In this document: in pieces, positions 1-15,000 of the stretch
Layout: each line of letters opens with the position of its first letter
How positions within the stretch are numbered: position 1 is the first letter of the stretch
From: Neocallimastix sp. 'constans'
Lineage: Eukaryota
Reading direction: 5' to 3'
Assembly (NCBI GenBank): GCA_050613775.1
Contig: JBODTK010000102.1
Coordinates: 434,001-498,000, forward strand
DNA: 64,000 nt
Notes under the pieces: model-generated
The model's input: only the letters and a program-made list of their open reading frames with translations
What the model was told of the DNA's origin: nothing
The model's database searches: none
Translations under genes and position numbers: made by a program

Positions 1-1
1 C

Positions 2-3000
2 TTTAATTCCAACAAATTCCCAGGAGCAAACAATAAACTTATAATGATTAATGCTTCCGGAAACAAAATTGTTGAAGTTAAGCCAACCTCTGATGCTTAT
101 TACTTAATTGGTGAATATTTAACTCCTGTTACTTCGGGGGAAGAAGGTAATGTTTATAAGTATACTTACTCAGCTACTGCACCTAAAGTTGAAAAATTAA
201 ATCCACAGGTTACAACCTACTATCCTAACTCTGACGAGTCCACCGTTAAGAATTACCAAAATATTAAATGTGAAAAGTTAGTCGATGAAGAAAAAACAAC
301 AGATCCCACGAATCCAAAGTATAAAGTTGAATGTAAATTATCAAAGAAAAGTGGTGATGATGTATATTGCTTGAAAACTGGAAATACAGGAAAAATTGCA
401 CTTAACTCTTGTGAAAAGAATTGTGATGGTACTTGCTATGAAATTACTCATAAAGCTGGTTACTACCTTCCATATGAAAAGAGTTTCCTTATTAAGTGTG
501 GTTCTGGATGCGAGAAAAATGATAAATTATCAGAAGGTTATTACAAGAGTGAAGATGCTGCCAATACACTTATTCGTTGTAGTAAAAGTGCAGATGGTTA
601 TCGATGTGAATACGAACCTATCATAAATAATGGATATTACATAGGAGCTTCAAAGAATTTGATTAAATGTACGGATGGTACCTGCGAAGAAGTGAATGAT
701 TCCAGTGGTGGAAGGTTTGTTAGTGCAGAAAATGGTAAAGCTTTAACATATTGTACTGGACAAAACAAGAATTTAAGTTGTACTTCCGATTCAAAACCCG
801 CTGTAGGTTACTACATAAATGGTAATGCGAAGGTTAATCCATTAATTAAATGTACATCTGATAACAGTGGAAAAGTTACCTGTTCAGATATAACTATCCC
901 TAATAAGGGTTACTTTATTAATGCAGCATATAAATCAACAGCTACTGATGATAAATATTTGATAGATTGTTCAGATGGTAAATCATGCAGCCTTGCTACA
1001 CCGTTCGTTAAAGGTTATTATGTTAATGGTGAAAATAAAAAATTAATTTATTGTAAAACTGTAGATGATTGTTCTGAATATGAAGGAAAAGGTTGGTATT
1101 TAAAAGGTGACGTTACAACCTCTCCAATTCATTGTGATGGAACGTGTTCAGATAAATCTACAGATGAATTGAAAAAAGGATTCTACGTAAATGGTGATAC
1201 AAATACAAACAAAAAATATCCATTATTCATAAATAGTGGTTCATTTACATTATATAAGCCTGAAGATGATAATGATAAATTTACTGGTTGGTATATAAAT
1301 GCAGGAAGTACCTCAAGTAATGATAAAATATTAGAATGTGTTGATGGTGTTATTAGACAATGTACCCCAAAAGCTGTTGCTACCGATTGTGTTAATGGTA
1401 AATTCTTTGAAAATGGCGGGGTAATAAAATGGTGTATTAATAATAATGAGGTGAATCTTTTGGCAACAGGTGAAAGTACACGTTATGTCTATGCAAATAT
1501 TTCATCAAAAAATTTGTTCTCTTGGATATCCGATGCGACAGGTTATGTAAAATTTGAAATTAGTGAAAATTATGTTAAACAAAACAAAATTAATGGTTAT
1601 TCCTATGATAAAGATAATGATCAATTATACTATTGTAACGGTTTTGGTACTGGTGTTTGTAATTTATTGAAGGCCTCTGAAATTACGCCGGGTTACTATA
1701 TAAATTATTCTGATAATTCTATAATTATTTGTGGTAAATATGATGACTCCTTGTGTATAAATGTTAGTAAAGATTCATTAGAGGGAGATGATGCTTTGAA
1801 AAGTTATGATATTGTAATTAATAATGATGGAAAATTATATTTAGCACCTGCAAGTACTGTTACTGATCCTATAATTATGAGTAAAGTGACTTCAGAAACT
1901 TTATATGCTCTCAAAAATGATAAAACAAAAGAATTCCCAAAACCAAAAGGTGAAAGTTATGCAAGATACATTTTAGTAGATGTCAATAAATACTATGTTA
2001 AATTCAGAGAAAATATTGAAGAAGTACCTCAATGTACTGAAAATGAATCAAATGATGATGTAGACGAAAATAAAGTTTGCTTAACTAATGGAAAATTGTA
2101 TAATGTTAAGACAAAAAAAGCTGTAGGATACACTTCCACTACTAACATTCCAGTAAATAGTAGCTATATTAAAAAAGATATTGAATATGATGCAGATACG
2201 AATAGTGGTTACTTTGAATATACCGGTGATGGAACTAACAATGTTTTGAGTAAGGTATATATTAAAAAAATTGATAATACTCGAACAGAATTCAAGTATG
2301 AATGTCCAATAAAAGGAGTTTGTATAAGACGTGAAAAAGCAAAGGAACCTGTTCTTGGATATTCACTTGAAAATGGTATTCCAACTAGAGTAGTTAGGAA
2401 TACCTCTAAAAATGATAATTCTAAGGAAGAACCTAAAAAGTTTATGCCGGGTATTTATATTAAACATGATGGTTCTAAACGTGATACTAAAGAAGTCATT
2501 AGTTGTAGTTATAATAGTTTTTTCAATGTTATTTGTGAAATTATAAATAAGTCCGGTGCTGGTTCCGGTATTAGTATAAATGAAAAAGGTATTACCGTTA
2601 ATGGTATACCTAGTAATAATATGTTTGATAAATTAATAAAAACAAAAGTAAAAAGAAATTCAAAAAGAGGATTATTAGAGAAAAGAGAAACAGATAACGT
2701 ACTTATTTTAAAAGAATTATCTTCATCTTCATACAACGAAGCTACATTCAGTGAGACAACTAATATATTTTTAAATAATGAATTGAAAAAGATTACAAAT
2801 GAAGTATTAACTAAACTTGAAGAAACAAAAGTCACCGGTTATACTTGTAATCAAAATGGTGAATGTATTGAAATTAAAAAAGAAGGAAATAAGAAATACT
2901 TTTTAAATACTGCTCAAGACGGAAATTCAAAGAATGCAGTAGTGGTTTGTGGAAATATTGAAACAAGTGATAGATGTAGATTTATTGATGCCACTAATGG

Positions 3001-6000
3001 AAGTGTTTATGAAAACTATGCAGCAACTAGTTCAGCGGATGCTATTATTACTTGTACCTCAAATGGATGTAGAACAGCATCTGTTGAAAATACTGGAAGT
3101 CTTCCAAATTGTAAGAAAAACGCTGTAAATGAAGTTGAAAAGGAAGCTTCTACAGGAAGTTGTATTCGTGCTGATAATTCAACACCATTACTTGATGGTC
3201 AGCATTGTATCTTTGAAGGTGTTATATACAAATATACAGAATATGAAGAAGTTGGTAAAGATAATTGTAAAGCAATTACTGATTTTGGAATAAAATTGTT
3301 TGATGCTACCTACAGAGAAATTTCAATTTCGAAAGTTGTTGAAAATCATTATGGTGCCGTATTATATAATTGTCCAACAGCAAGTGGAGGATGTTACGTA
3401 ACCTATGGTTATATTGCGGGCACTGCTACTACAGCCACATCCTATAGTATTTGTAATAGAGATGGTTGTATTTATAAGAGTGATCTTACTGAATTGAAGG
3501 AAAATTGCGCTGAAGCTGGTGAAGGAAGTCTTATATACACTAGTAAAACAATAAAATTATGTAAAACAAATGGTAGTGTTAATACAGTCGGTTATTATCC
3601 AGTAGCAATTAGTAGTAATGATAATTTCCCTACCACTATATTTGGAGACAATATTTTAGTAGATATTGAAATATCTTTTAATATAGCAACTTATACATTA
3701 GTATTAAATGACGGTTATATTTTATTAGATAATAAAAATAAAATATTAAATGGTAATACAAGTCCAAGTCCTTCTACAGTTGATATGGAAGGAACTTCAA
3801 ATGCTTCAATATATAATTGTAAAAGTGCTGACAGATTATGTAAAAAAATAGATAACCCCGAGTATGGTTATTATCGTTCTTCCTCATTTTCAACAGATTT
3901 GATTACTGTTAAATTAGACAACAAAAATAAAAAAGCGTCAATAACTCAAAATCAAGATAAAATAACAGTAACTTTAAAAAATGATGATGGTAATATTGAT
4001 ATTAAATTTACTGAAAATAATGAAGAAAATAAATATTACCCAGTAACCAACTTCCCTGGTTACACTTATGGAGTAATTGCTGAAGCTTCGAAATATTCCA
4101 TTATTCCAATAAAAGTAGATAACTATGTATTGCTTAACACCTATGAGAATAGACTTGCAACGAAGAATGAGGCTCGTGATATGAAGAATCTCTATTTATG
4201 TAATTCTTCTGTTGGAAAATGTGCTTCTAGTAAAATAGAAGATGGATGGTATGTTAGTGGACAAAATGGATATGAAGCTATTGTTTGTGAAAAAGATAGC
4301 TGTTCAATGAAAGAAACTATTAATAGATCATGTAGTGGAGAAGGTGATTTCATTATTACTGATAACGCTTACAATATTTGTATATTAAAGGATAAAAGTA
4401 TATCAAAATTCAAACTTTCCGAGAATGCTGGTAAAGTGTCAGAGTTGACAAGTAATAAGATTGTATTCCCAAATAGTAAGAGTTACATTGTGGTAAATAG
4501 TAATTCTGTTAAAGGTATTGGATATCGAGATGCAGAAAGTGGAACTACTCCAAGTGGTATAACGGTATGTAAATCTTTCTCCAGTACTACTGGTGTTTGT
4601 ATAAAGAGTGATGGAAAAGTATTGGAAAATGATGAATACTGTTTATTCGGAACTAAAATTTATGCCAATACGACTGAATCTGGTATTAGCAGTTGTTCAC
4701 AGAAATTTACGACAGGAGTTAATGTTGAAATGTTCTATGGAAGTAGATGGGTAAAATCAATTACTACATCTGATCCTAATACATTCTATGGAGCTCAACT
4801 ATTTTACTGTAGCAATGGTGAATGTCGATTGACCACTGGTTATAAAAAATTAAGTAAAATATTCAAATGTAATTTTGGTGTATGTGAACAAGCAACTAAT
4901 ACTGGAACTGAAAATGGTGATCTAGTAAGCCAGAAATTAAAAATCGGAGATACTAATAAATCATTTGAAAAGGATAAATATTATTATATTAGTGGAAGTA
5001 ATAATTTCCCTGGAGCAGAAAATTATAAATCATTTATTGTTGAAATGAGTGATACCTATGCAGTGCCCTTCGTTGGAAATGGTTATTACTTAATTAGTAG
5101 TAGTAAAGATGCAATATTATCAAAAGATCCAAAAGATAATGACTTTAATGCTGAAAAAAACAATAAGCTTTATTACTGTAATAACATTGATAATAATTGT
5201 ATAATAATTGATAAATCATCTGGAAATCTTGTGGAAAATGTATTTTATAAAAATGCAGCTTCTTCTGATCCATCAAAAAGAGCAATAATTGGATGCTATG
5301 GTGAAGGAGATAGTACAAAATGTGAAATCGCTCAAAATGGAGTTTTATTTAGTGAAGATATAACCAGTTGTGAATATGCTGGTATGTTAATACGTACAAC
5401 TTCCGAGCCGGATGATAAAGGAGAAAGGACATATGGAGAATATAAATTCTGTAAATCAAGACAATCTGCTCCTGTTACTACTGATGTTAATAATTCAAAA
5501 TATTATATGGTTCAAATTGCGAGAAATGATACCTTTGCTTCAGTAGCACTTAAAAATGATATTGAGTATGAAACTGTTAAAAGAAACATTATAGTTGAAG
5601 TTGGCAACGGTTATATAAGTCAATACGAGAAAGAAGGTTATATCTTATTTAATCCAACAACAAATGAAATTGTTGAAACGGTAGGAAGTAATAGAGGAGC
5701 ATTATATAGTTGCAAGAGGTCTAAAAATTATGAAGGTGCAAATAATTATTCTTATGCATGTGATTTGGTTAATAATATTAATAATGGTTGGTACTTTAAT
5801 AAAATATATGGTGATAAAAGAGTAATTCGTTGTATTGATGGTGCATGTACAATAATTGAAGTTAACGAAAGTGATAAATGCAATAGTAAAGGTTCTTTAA
5901 TCTATAATAAAGGATTTAAAATATGTCAAACCTTAAATAAACAAATAGATGTTTCTAATGTAAATGAAAATTACAATGTTGTAATGGAAGTTTCTTTATT

Positions 6001-9000
6001 AAACGAATTTCCAGGTATGAAAACTAATAATACAGAAATATTATTATCTGTAAGTAAAGATAGTGTATATCAAATAAAGATGAAAACTAATGTGGTCGTT
6101 AATGATGACAATACCTTAATAAGTAATGCCGAAGGAAGCCTTTATGAATGTTACAGTGACGGTCATTGTGATATCAACAAAATTCCAAAAGATAATTATT
6201 ACTTAAAAAGCAATTCTGATGGAAAAGATGTTGAATTAATAAAATGTAATGAACGAAAATGTAAAGTTATATCTGATGAAGAAGGAGATGGAAAAGGAAA
6301 CAAGGAAGGATTTAGAGTTAGTGCAAATGCTAAAGCACCATTAATACAATGTGTAAAACCGGGATTATTGAATAGTGATGGTACTTTTGTTGCAAGTGGT
6401 ATTGCAGAATGTAAGGAAAAAGAATTTAAGGAAGGATGGTTCATTAACTCAGGTTCGGATAGTAATAATTATCCATTAATAGAATGTACAAGAGAGTTTG
6501 GATGTATTACTAAAGCTAGTGAGGGTGACGGATGGTATCTTAATGCAGGTGCAAGTACTACATTTTCAAAGATTGGAGGATATTATTATCCTATAATTAA
6601 ATGTGAAAACGGCAACTGTAATTATATAACTGAAGAGTTTGAAAAGGAATGTAAGAAAGGAGGATCAGTAATCATGCCATCCAATGGAAATTATAAACTT
6701 TGTAAAGATGAAAGTAAATTCGTTGAATTTAGTAAAACTAGTACTATAGAAATTATAAACAATGAAGGAAGTAAGACGGCAGTAGAAACTTTTTCAAATA
6801 AAATTGTTAATGCAGGTAATGGATTTTATTATAAAGGAAATGTCATGTATGAATGCAGCGGTACTTGTTCAGAACTTAATGGTGATGATAAAAATGGAAT
6901 ATATGTATTTGATAAAATATCATCTATTTTAATGATGGCAACGTGTAGTGAAGGTAATTGTACTTGGAATAATATTAAAAATGAAGGAAATTACTTCATT
7001 GATGATAAAAAGTATTTGGTTACTAACAAAGCAACTGGAGTAAGTGAAATTTATGAATGTATAAAGAATTCAGTTTCTAAAAATATTGTATGTGAGGAAG
7101 TATTGGAAAATAATAGTCGTGGTTATTTCTTTAATAGTGAAATAAGAGATCAAGATGGAAAGCAGGAAGAATTGCTTTATCTTTGTGAAGGTAACAGTTG
7201 TGAAGTAGAAGAAAATATACCAAAATGTACTGAATTAACGTACAGAAATAACTATTGTTATATCAGCTATCTTAATGAGAAAAATACTGAAGAATATGAA
7301 GGAAAAGAACCTATTATTGAGGGAGGAAGTATGTGTATCGATAAAAATAATTATTACTTCGCAATAAGTGAAATAAATACAGGAATTGATAATAGTAATT
7401 GTGTTGCCAAACCAACAGATCAAAACAATTACTACTATCAGGTATCTAATGGTTCTGGTGTTACTACAGTATATTTACAAAATAAATATAATACAAGACG
7501 AGTATCGATAAACAATTCTGTTATTAATGGTATTAATAAAAACTCTGTAATAATTACTACAAATAGAAATAGTAACAACGCATTATTATTAGAAGATAAC
7601 TATAATTATGTGAGTTGTATTAATCAAAAATGTGAATTAAATAAATTGACAACGTGTTCATATAATTTCCAGACTGAGAAATGTTCTGTTTCTAGTGGAA
7701 GTGTAAATCCTGGTCAATTATGTATTTCAAGTGAAAAACAATTGTACTTTGCTCTAGAAAGATTGACTAGTAGTGGTGGTAAATGTGTTAATCACAATAC
7801 TGGATGGAGCTATTCATTAGGAAGTGAAACCGTTGAACCCGACTATTCTATTGGAGATGCTTCAAAAGAGAAATATGATGATATATGGTTTGTTGTCGAA
7901 GGAAAAATGTATAAAATTGAAAGTAATAATGATATATATTTACAAAAAGAAGGAGTATACTTGATTGATTCTGCAAATAAAAAGGTAGATATCAGTAAAA
8001 ATGTCGACATCTCAAAGGAGTCACAATTCAACTTATATATCTGTAACAGCGCTGGCTGTAAAGTGAAAAATTCATGTAATAATGGTATAAATTATGAATA
8101 TATTTATGATTCAATTAATGGTAAAGTTATTCAATGCGATCCAAAATCAAATACTATAAACTATATTGACGGTAATGGTTATTACTTAAACAGCGCCTGG
8201 GAAGATGTAATTAAATGTACAAAAGGTGTATGTATCGAGTATAATAACGACATCGGTATGGAAGGATATTATTATGATGCAGGAAATACTGAAAAAATAA
8301 TTAAATGTACAAGAAATGGTACAACATTTAAATGCATAAATGAGGATATTATTTCATGTACATATGTTGCTAAAAGTAATAGATGTTCATCAAGTGTTGA
8401 TCTTAAAAGAAATAGTTACTGTGTATATATAAATAAAGTAAAAGGAAAAATAATTGGTAATCCTGTAATGCTCTATGTTCCAGATTTTATTAAAGCAAAT
8501 GATGAAGGAAAATGTATTGAAAACGAAGGAACAGATGAATATTATTATCACTATAGAAAATCAAGATTCCTTGGAAATGATGAAAGAGATGAAATAATTA
8601 AATATTCTAAAGGAGCTATTGTTAGTTTATTTGAGAAGGACATAGGATATTATATCATAACAACTAATACCAGAAAGGGAATTACTGCAAATACAAATTT
8701 GAATCAATCTCGTATGTATGAATGTACACAAAATGGATGTACAGAACAACGTAATCCAGAAAATGATCGTATTTACATTAATAAAGCATCAATTGAAAAG
8801 TTAGTAAGGTACCATAGTAATGGTAAATACTGGGAAGTTATGAAACGCCACTGTATTAAAAGTACTGTTAATACTGGTCAATGTGAATTACCAAATTCAG
8901 GAATTAAAGAAGGAGATATTATTTATTTATTTGAAGATGGAGATATTAATCCAAAATTTTTAGCAAGTAAAGTCAGTTTAACTATTAAAAGTACTCTTAT

Positions 9001-12000
9001 AGAAGAAAATAATGATGAAATTGAAAATACGAAATATCAATACTTCAATACAAATAAAACAATGTATTTATTAAATAGTAATAATCAATCATTTGATCCT
9101 GTAAAAGAAAGTGGAAATTACATGTTTGAAAAAAGTAGTAATTATCATAACTTGATACCATATAGAAGTACAGTAAATACTACAGATACTACAAGAATTC
9201 AAATATATTCTTATGGTGGTAACTGGAGTGTTAAAAAAGAATTTAAATTTGAAAACTTTGATGAAGGTTACTATTGGAATAAGGCTGATTTAAACGGAGA
9301 AGGTATTGTCATTCAAGTAATGAGTGTACCACCAAAGAAAGAAGTTGAAGAAGAAAATAAATTAAGAAAGAGAGAAGAAGATGAAGAAGAAATAAAATTG
9401 TTAAGTAAGAGAGAAGATGAAGAAGCTGTAAACAAATTTAAAGCTGTTCTAAATAAATGTGTAAGTACCAAAAAAGGAGTATGTACTTCAGCCCAGGACG
9501 GTAAGAATTTAGGAAAGGGAGATGTTTGTGTAGTTGTTGATGGTGAATTCCGTGGATTATACCTTGCTATAGATAATATTACAAAGAATAGCAGTAACAA
9601 TAACTGTATAAGATATGATAAAGGAAATGGCTATTTCTATGTAGCTGGTAAAAATGAATTTAGTGGAGAACCATTAAGAAAATCTGTCAGTAATGCTATT
9701 GAATTTGCAGGCCAACCTTTAGTTAAAACAATTATTAAGGTAAAGGAAGATTCAATAAATGCGTTTACTGAAAAGAATACATTTGGTTACTATGTAATTG
9801 AAAAGAATGAAAAGAAACAATTAAGTTCAACTACAACAGTTGATGCCACAGGATATTACTGCGGATGGGAATATGATCCTATTTTAGAAGGAGAAAACGC
9901 AGGAAAAGAAAATCCTGAAACGAAACGTTTTGAATGCAATCCAGTAAAGGCATCCAATAAGTATTTCTATACTATTAGTGGTGATATTGTATATGCAAAA
10001 TCTGATAATAAATGGAATGTAGAAACAAAGAGAGGATATTACTTCTTCAATGAAGAATTTGTAGCCGCAACAGTAACTCAGGATGAAAACGGTAAAGATG
10101 AAGCTGATACCATACTTTATAATAGTAGTAATGTTAATAGACCAGGTACCTACATAAATAGTGCAACTACTACTCCAGTTGTTGTTGAAAACAGTAGTGC
10201 TAATAAAAAGTCGATAGTAACTGATTATAAAACATGTCAAGTGACCGGTGAAACATGTAAGTCAACGGCTGCGAATGTGGAACTTTCTAATGGTGAAGTA
10301 TGCTACGCTTCAAATAAGAGTAACTCATTATTCCTTGTTGTAGTGACTGAAGAAGAAAACGCTGGTAAGAAGTTCAATTGCTACACTGGTAGTGAGAAAG
10401 TAAAATATAGATATGTTAATAATATGCTCTATAAATTAGACGGACTATCCGTTCAAGAGGTTGTGAAAGGTTACTACATATTAAATAAAAATTGGGAAGA
10501 ATTTAGTACTACTTATCCTGAAGTTCCACCTTATGTATTTAATTGTGATGGAAGCAAATGTGAAGTGGTTAAGGAAAAAATTGATATTAATTCCGATGTT
10601 ATTGTAAATGCTGCTGGTACTGGAAATAACAAACTTTTAAGATATTATCCATCATCACTGAAATTTGTAAATGTATTTAAACCAGGTTATTATTTGGTAA
10701 ATAGCAACAGTGAAGTTACAAAGATAAGTGGTAATAATGATTATGTGAATAGATACTATTTAGATGAAAGTGGAAACTTAACTCAATTACCTGCAACATT
10801 TGAATTTAACAATATCTACATTAATAATGCAAAAGAAGGATCATTAACAAGATACTATTCTGAATTTGAAAGTTCAAAAGTAGCATTAAATACTAGAACA
10901 GGTTATCTTGAATACGAAGGAAAGTCGAATGTTGATGATGAAATTAAATATGTATTCATTGATAGGTTATACGTACAAAAGCCTTATCACTTTGAAGAAG
11001 TTACCAATGGATTATACGCAATAAAGAATAATTTGGCATTCGAAAATACTGAATGGACTTCATTGAGTAGTGGATCCGAAATTTGTTACTATGTTAACGG
11101 AAGCTGTGATCCTAATAAGTTGAATACCATTAAGAAACAGAAATACACTATTAACTACTCCACAAGAAAACCAACAGTAATTGAATACAGTTCAACCACA
11201 GGAGATTGGAGAATAGTTGATGAAGATGGAATATACTTCTTCTTTGAAGATGGCTATTCAATTACAGCTACTGACAGAAGAATTGATCGTGTATTTGAAG
11301 TACTCGAAGGTGAATCCATAGAAATAACTAATGACAAGAATAGATTGGGATATTACAGATTCAATGATTTGACTATTGAAAGTAATGAGAATAAATGGGA
11401 AGATGCACAAGTAACTATTGGTACTGTTGTTGAAAATAAGAGAGTATGTCAATCCTATGAAACTGATGAAATTATAAATACTAGTAAGTTATGTTACAAT
11501 GAAGTCCTTGGTGTATGTATTCCAAAATTGGATATTGAAAATAATAGTGAGGAAAACAACTGTATATTTAGTGATGGTAGAAGTATCTATTACTTCTTAG
11601 TCGGTGAAAAATTATACAGTGTAAATGATCAATCATTTAGAAATATTAAGAAACAAGGCTTATATATTGTGAATAATCAAAAGAAGATATTTGAAGAGAA
11701 ATTGGAAACTAAGGCTATTGCCTATAGTTGTGATGAAAACAGCTGCAAGAATGAAAATGACTTATCAAGTGGTTATTACTTAAATATGGCTAACGGCGGT
11801 ATTGACGAACCTGCAATTTTGTATTACAATAAATCTAGAAAAACATGGCGTAAAACTACTGATACCGGTATCTACCTATTTAACTCAAAGGGTTATGCCG
11901 TTGGAGATGGTGAAGATGTTGCATTTGCTTATGTAGTTAAAGAGAATGGTAATGAAGTGTACTCTGTTCTTGAAAATAACGAAAATGGAGTCTTCATTAA

Positions 12001-15000
12001 TCAAAGTAGTGAGGATGAAAATATTATTGTTGAATTCAATAATCAATGGGAAAAGGCCAAGAAGGTTCCAAGTTGTAAGATCAACAATGGTAAAGTCACT
12101 TCTTCTGAAGTAATGAAGGTGGGTGATGTTTGTATTGATAACAAGAAAATGGTAGTCATTACAATGGATAATGGAAATAAGAAGAGAGATGATGAATATA
12201 CCTATGAAGGTATTACTGCAGAAGGAGATGAAGAGAAGTATGGTTTCAACTCTTCCGATCAACAAATAGTAAAATTGGTTGAAGGAAATATGGTGAAATT
12301 AAATGTCAATGGCTACGCAATTATCGATAAAGCAACTCACAAGGTATTAGATAGTATTGAACCCAGTGAAGCTGATGTTTACAAATGTGTAAATGGAAAA
12401 TGCAGTGAGGTTGATGTCTCTTCATTTAAGGATAAATCTCATATTATCAATGCCTTAAGTGAGGATGGTCCATTAGTTCGTTTTGAAGATGGTAAATGGG
12501 TTGTTGAAACTGAAGAAGGATACTACTTCTTTAAATCTGATTGGAATGCTGTTGTAAATGATGATGTTGTGTATGGCGCAGTTGAAGTAGAATTGGATTC
12601 CAATGAAAATCCAATTCAACGTGATATTACCAATTCAAATGAATTAGGTTTCTATTTGAATAAGGCATCTACTGAAAGTATTATTGTCAATAATGACATA
12701 GAGTTCTGGGGAAAAGGAAGTACTTTACACAAATGTAACGTTACTGTATCTGAAGAAGGTAATATTTGTCGTACAATGAAAGAAACTAAAGTGGATACAT
12801 TAAGTGAAGGTGATTACTGTTATGATGGTGAAAAGATATTCCTACTTACGGCTGAAGCAAGTAGTGAGGTATCAGAAATTAACTGTATATCTGGTAGTGA
12901 TGAAGAGCCATTGTATGTTACTCCTGATAAAGTAAGTAATATCAATGAAAAAGATGTGGGTACAAAATTAATACGTTTAACTGATCAAAGTATCAAGGTG
13001 GTCTCTCCAGGTATTTATATTATTAATGAAAATGGAACTTTAATTGATAATAATGGTGAAGAAGGCGAAATTGAAATGCAAATCTATATTTGTGATGAGG
13101 AGGATTGCTCAGAGGAATCTAGTATGGGTGAAAACATCAAATTCTTAACAGAAGCTGGAGATATATTTGAAATTAATGAAAAGGGTAGATTAGAAAAGGT
13201 AGAAAGCGAAGGATTATACTTCTTTAAGGAAAATGGTGTAGCATGTACGGCTGAAGGTGATTCTGTTGAAATCATCATAAGATTATCTATTGTTGATACG
13301 AAATTAGTGAAAGAAGAAGTTGAATTAGATGAATTAGGTATTGGATATTACGTCAATAGTGCCAACCAAAAGACAGTTGGTGAGTATGATGGTGAAAAAT
13401 GGACTATTAGTGAGATTGATTGTAAGTATGATGAAGAAACGAATGGATGTACTTCTGAATCTAGTAACTTAGAAGTCGGTGAATTCTGCTTAGTCGATGG
13501 TAGCATCTATGTCGTAAATGAAATTGAAGAAGAGAAAGAAATATTCAAATGTATTCCAGGAAATGATCAAACTCCACTCTACGTAATGAAGGAAGACTCC
13601 AAATTAATGGTTATTAAGGAGAAGAACGTCAGTATAGTGGATGATGATGGCTACTATACTATTAATGCTAATTCCGGAGAAGGTCTTAAGAGTGATTCCG
13701 CCACTGTTGCTAAATTCTACAAATGTGAAGCTGGATATGAATGCAGTGAAGTCAAACCGGAGAAGAGTAGCAACTATCTTAATAAGGCTATCGAAAATAG
13801 TAATATAGTGAGGTTTAACGAGAAAGGAAGTCTTAAGGAAGCTGTCACTCTCGAAAATCGCTGTACAGTCAATAATAATTCATGTACTGCCGAAGAAGGT
13901 GAATTGGCTGTTGGAGATATCTGTGTAAATGATAATAGTCTTTATCTTATTAAAGAAGATAGTCAATGTGTAATGGCTGAAAGTAATATAGAGACCTATC
14001 AATTTGTTAATAATAAGATTTATAGATTAGTCGCGGATACTGTTGTTCAGAAGTTTGATGGTTACTACTTCATTGATGGTAATAATAGAGCTATTACGAA
14101 TGTTGAGGATTACAGAAATGCTGATACTGTTGGATACATGTGTAGTGTTAAGGGAGAATGTTATGAAATTGCTCCAATTGCTGAACGTTACTTCAAAGAT
14201 TACACAACCGTTAGAGATAATAAGTTCAAAGTTATTAAATATGATCCATCAAAGAAGAGCAAGCGTGAAGAAAGCAGTGGATATGAAATAATTACAGAGG
14301 ATGGAATCTATAAATTGGACGATGGCAGCTACTGCGAATGTGAGACTGAGAATAATGATGAAGTTTCATGTAAGAACATTGACGAAGTTGGTACTAAAGT
14401 TACCGTTGACAATGAAATAGTCTTGTGTAGCAAAGAAAATAAGACTATTGAATGTGTACAAGCCACTGAAGGTGGATACTATTTAATTGGAGAAGTATTA
14501 ATGGAATGTTCTGCAAGCGAAGAAGGAGATCAATTGAAATGTGAAGAAGTTATGAAGGAAGGTTACTTCCTTGCTGATGGTAAGGATGTTCTCTATGAAT
14601 GTGTTGAAAAAGTTGAAGAAGTGAATGTTAGCCAAATAGATAGTGAACTATATAAAGATATTGAAATGGAGGAAGAAAATGAAAATGCTGAAAGCAAATT
14701 GACTGAAGAAAATGAAAATGAACTTGAAAAGCGACAAGAGAGTGAACCAAAAGTCACTGAAAAGGAACAAACTGTCACGGAGGGAGCTATTGAAACTCCA
14801 ACAGAAGTACCTGAAGAGCCAAAAGGTCCTGTTGATGTTACTTGTAAGGCTATTGAATGTGTTGAAGGTACTGTTGTAAAGAGTGGAGGTGAAAATAGTG
14901 TTGATCTCTACATATGTAAGATAGTTGAAAACACTGAGGAGAAGCCAACCGAAACCTCTAAAGAAGAAACTGATGAGGAGGAGGAGGATGCAGAAGACGA

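Noticed and set aside
44..46. ATG 44 as the true start of the giant protein
   Set aside because: The frame is open upstream to the window edge and no signal peptide follows this Met.
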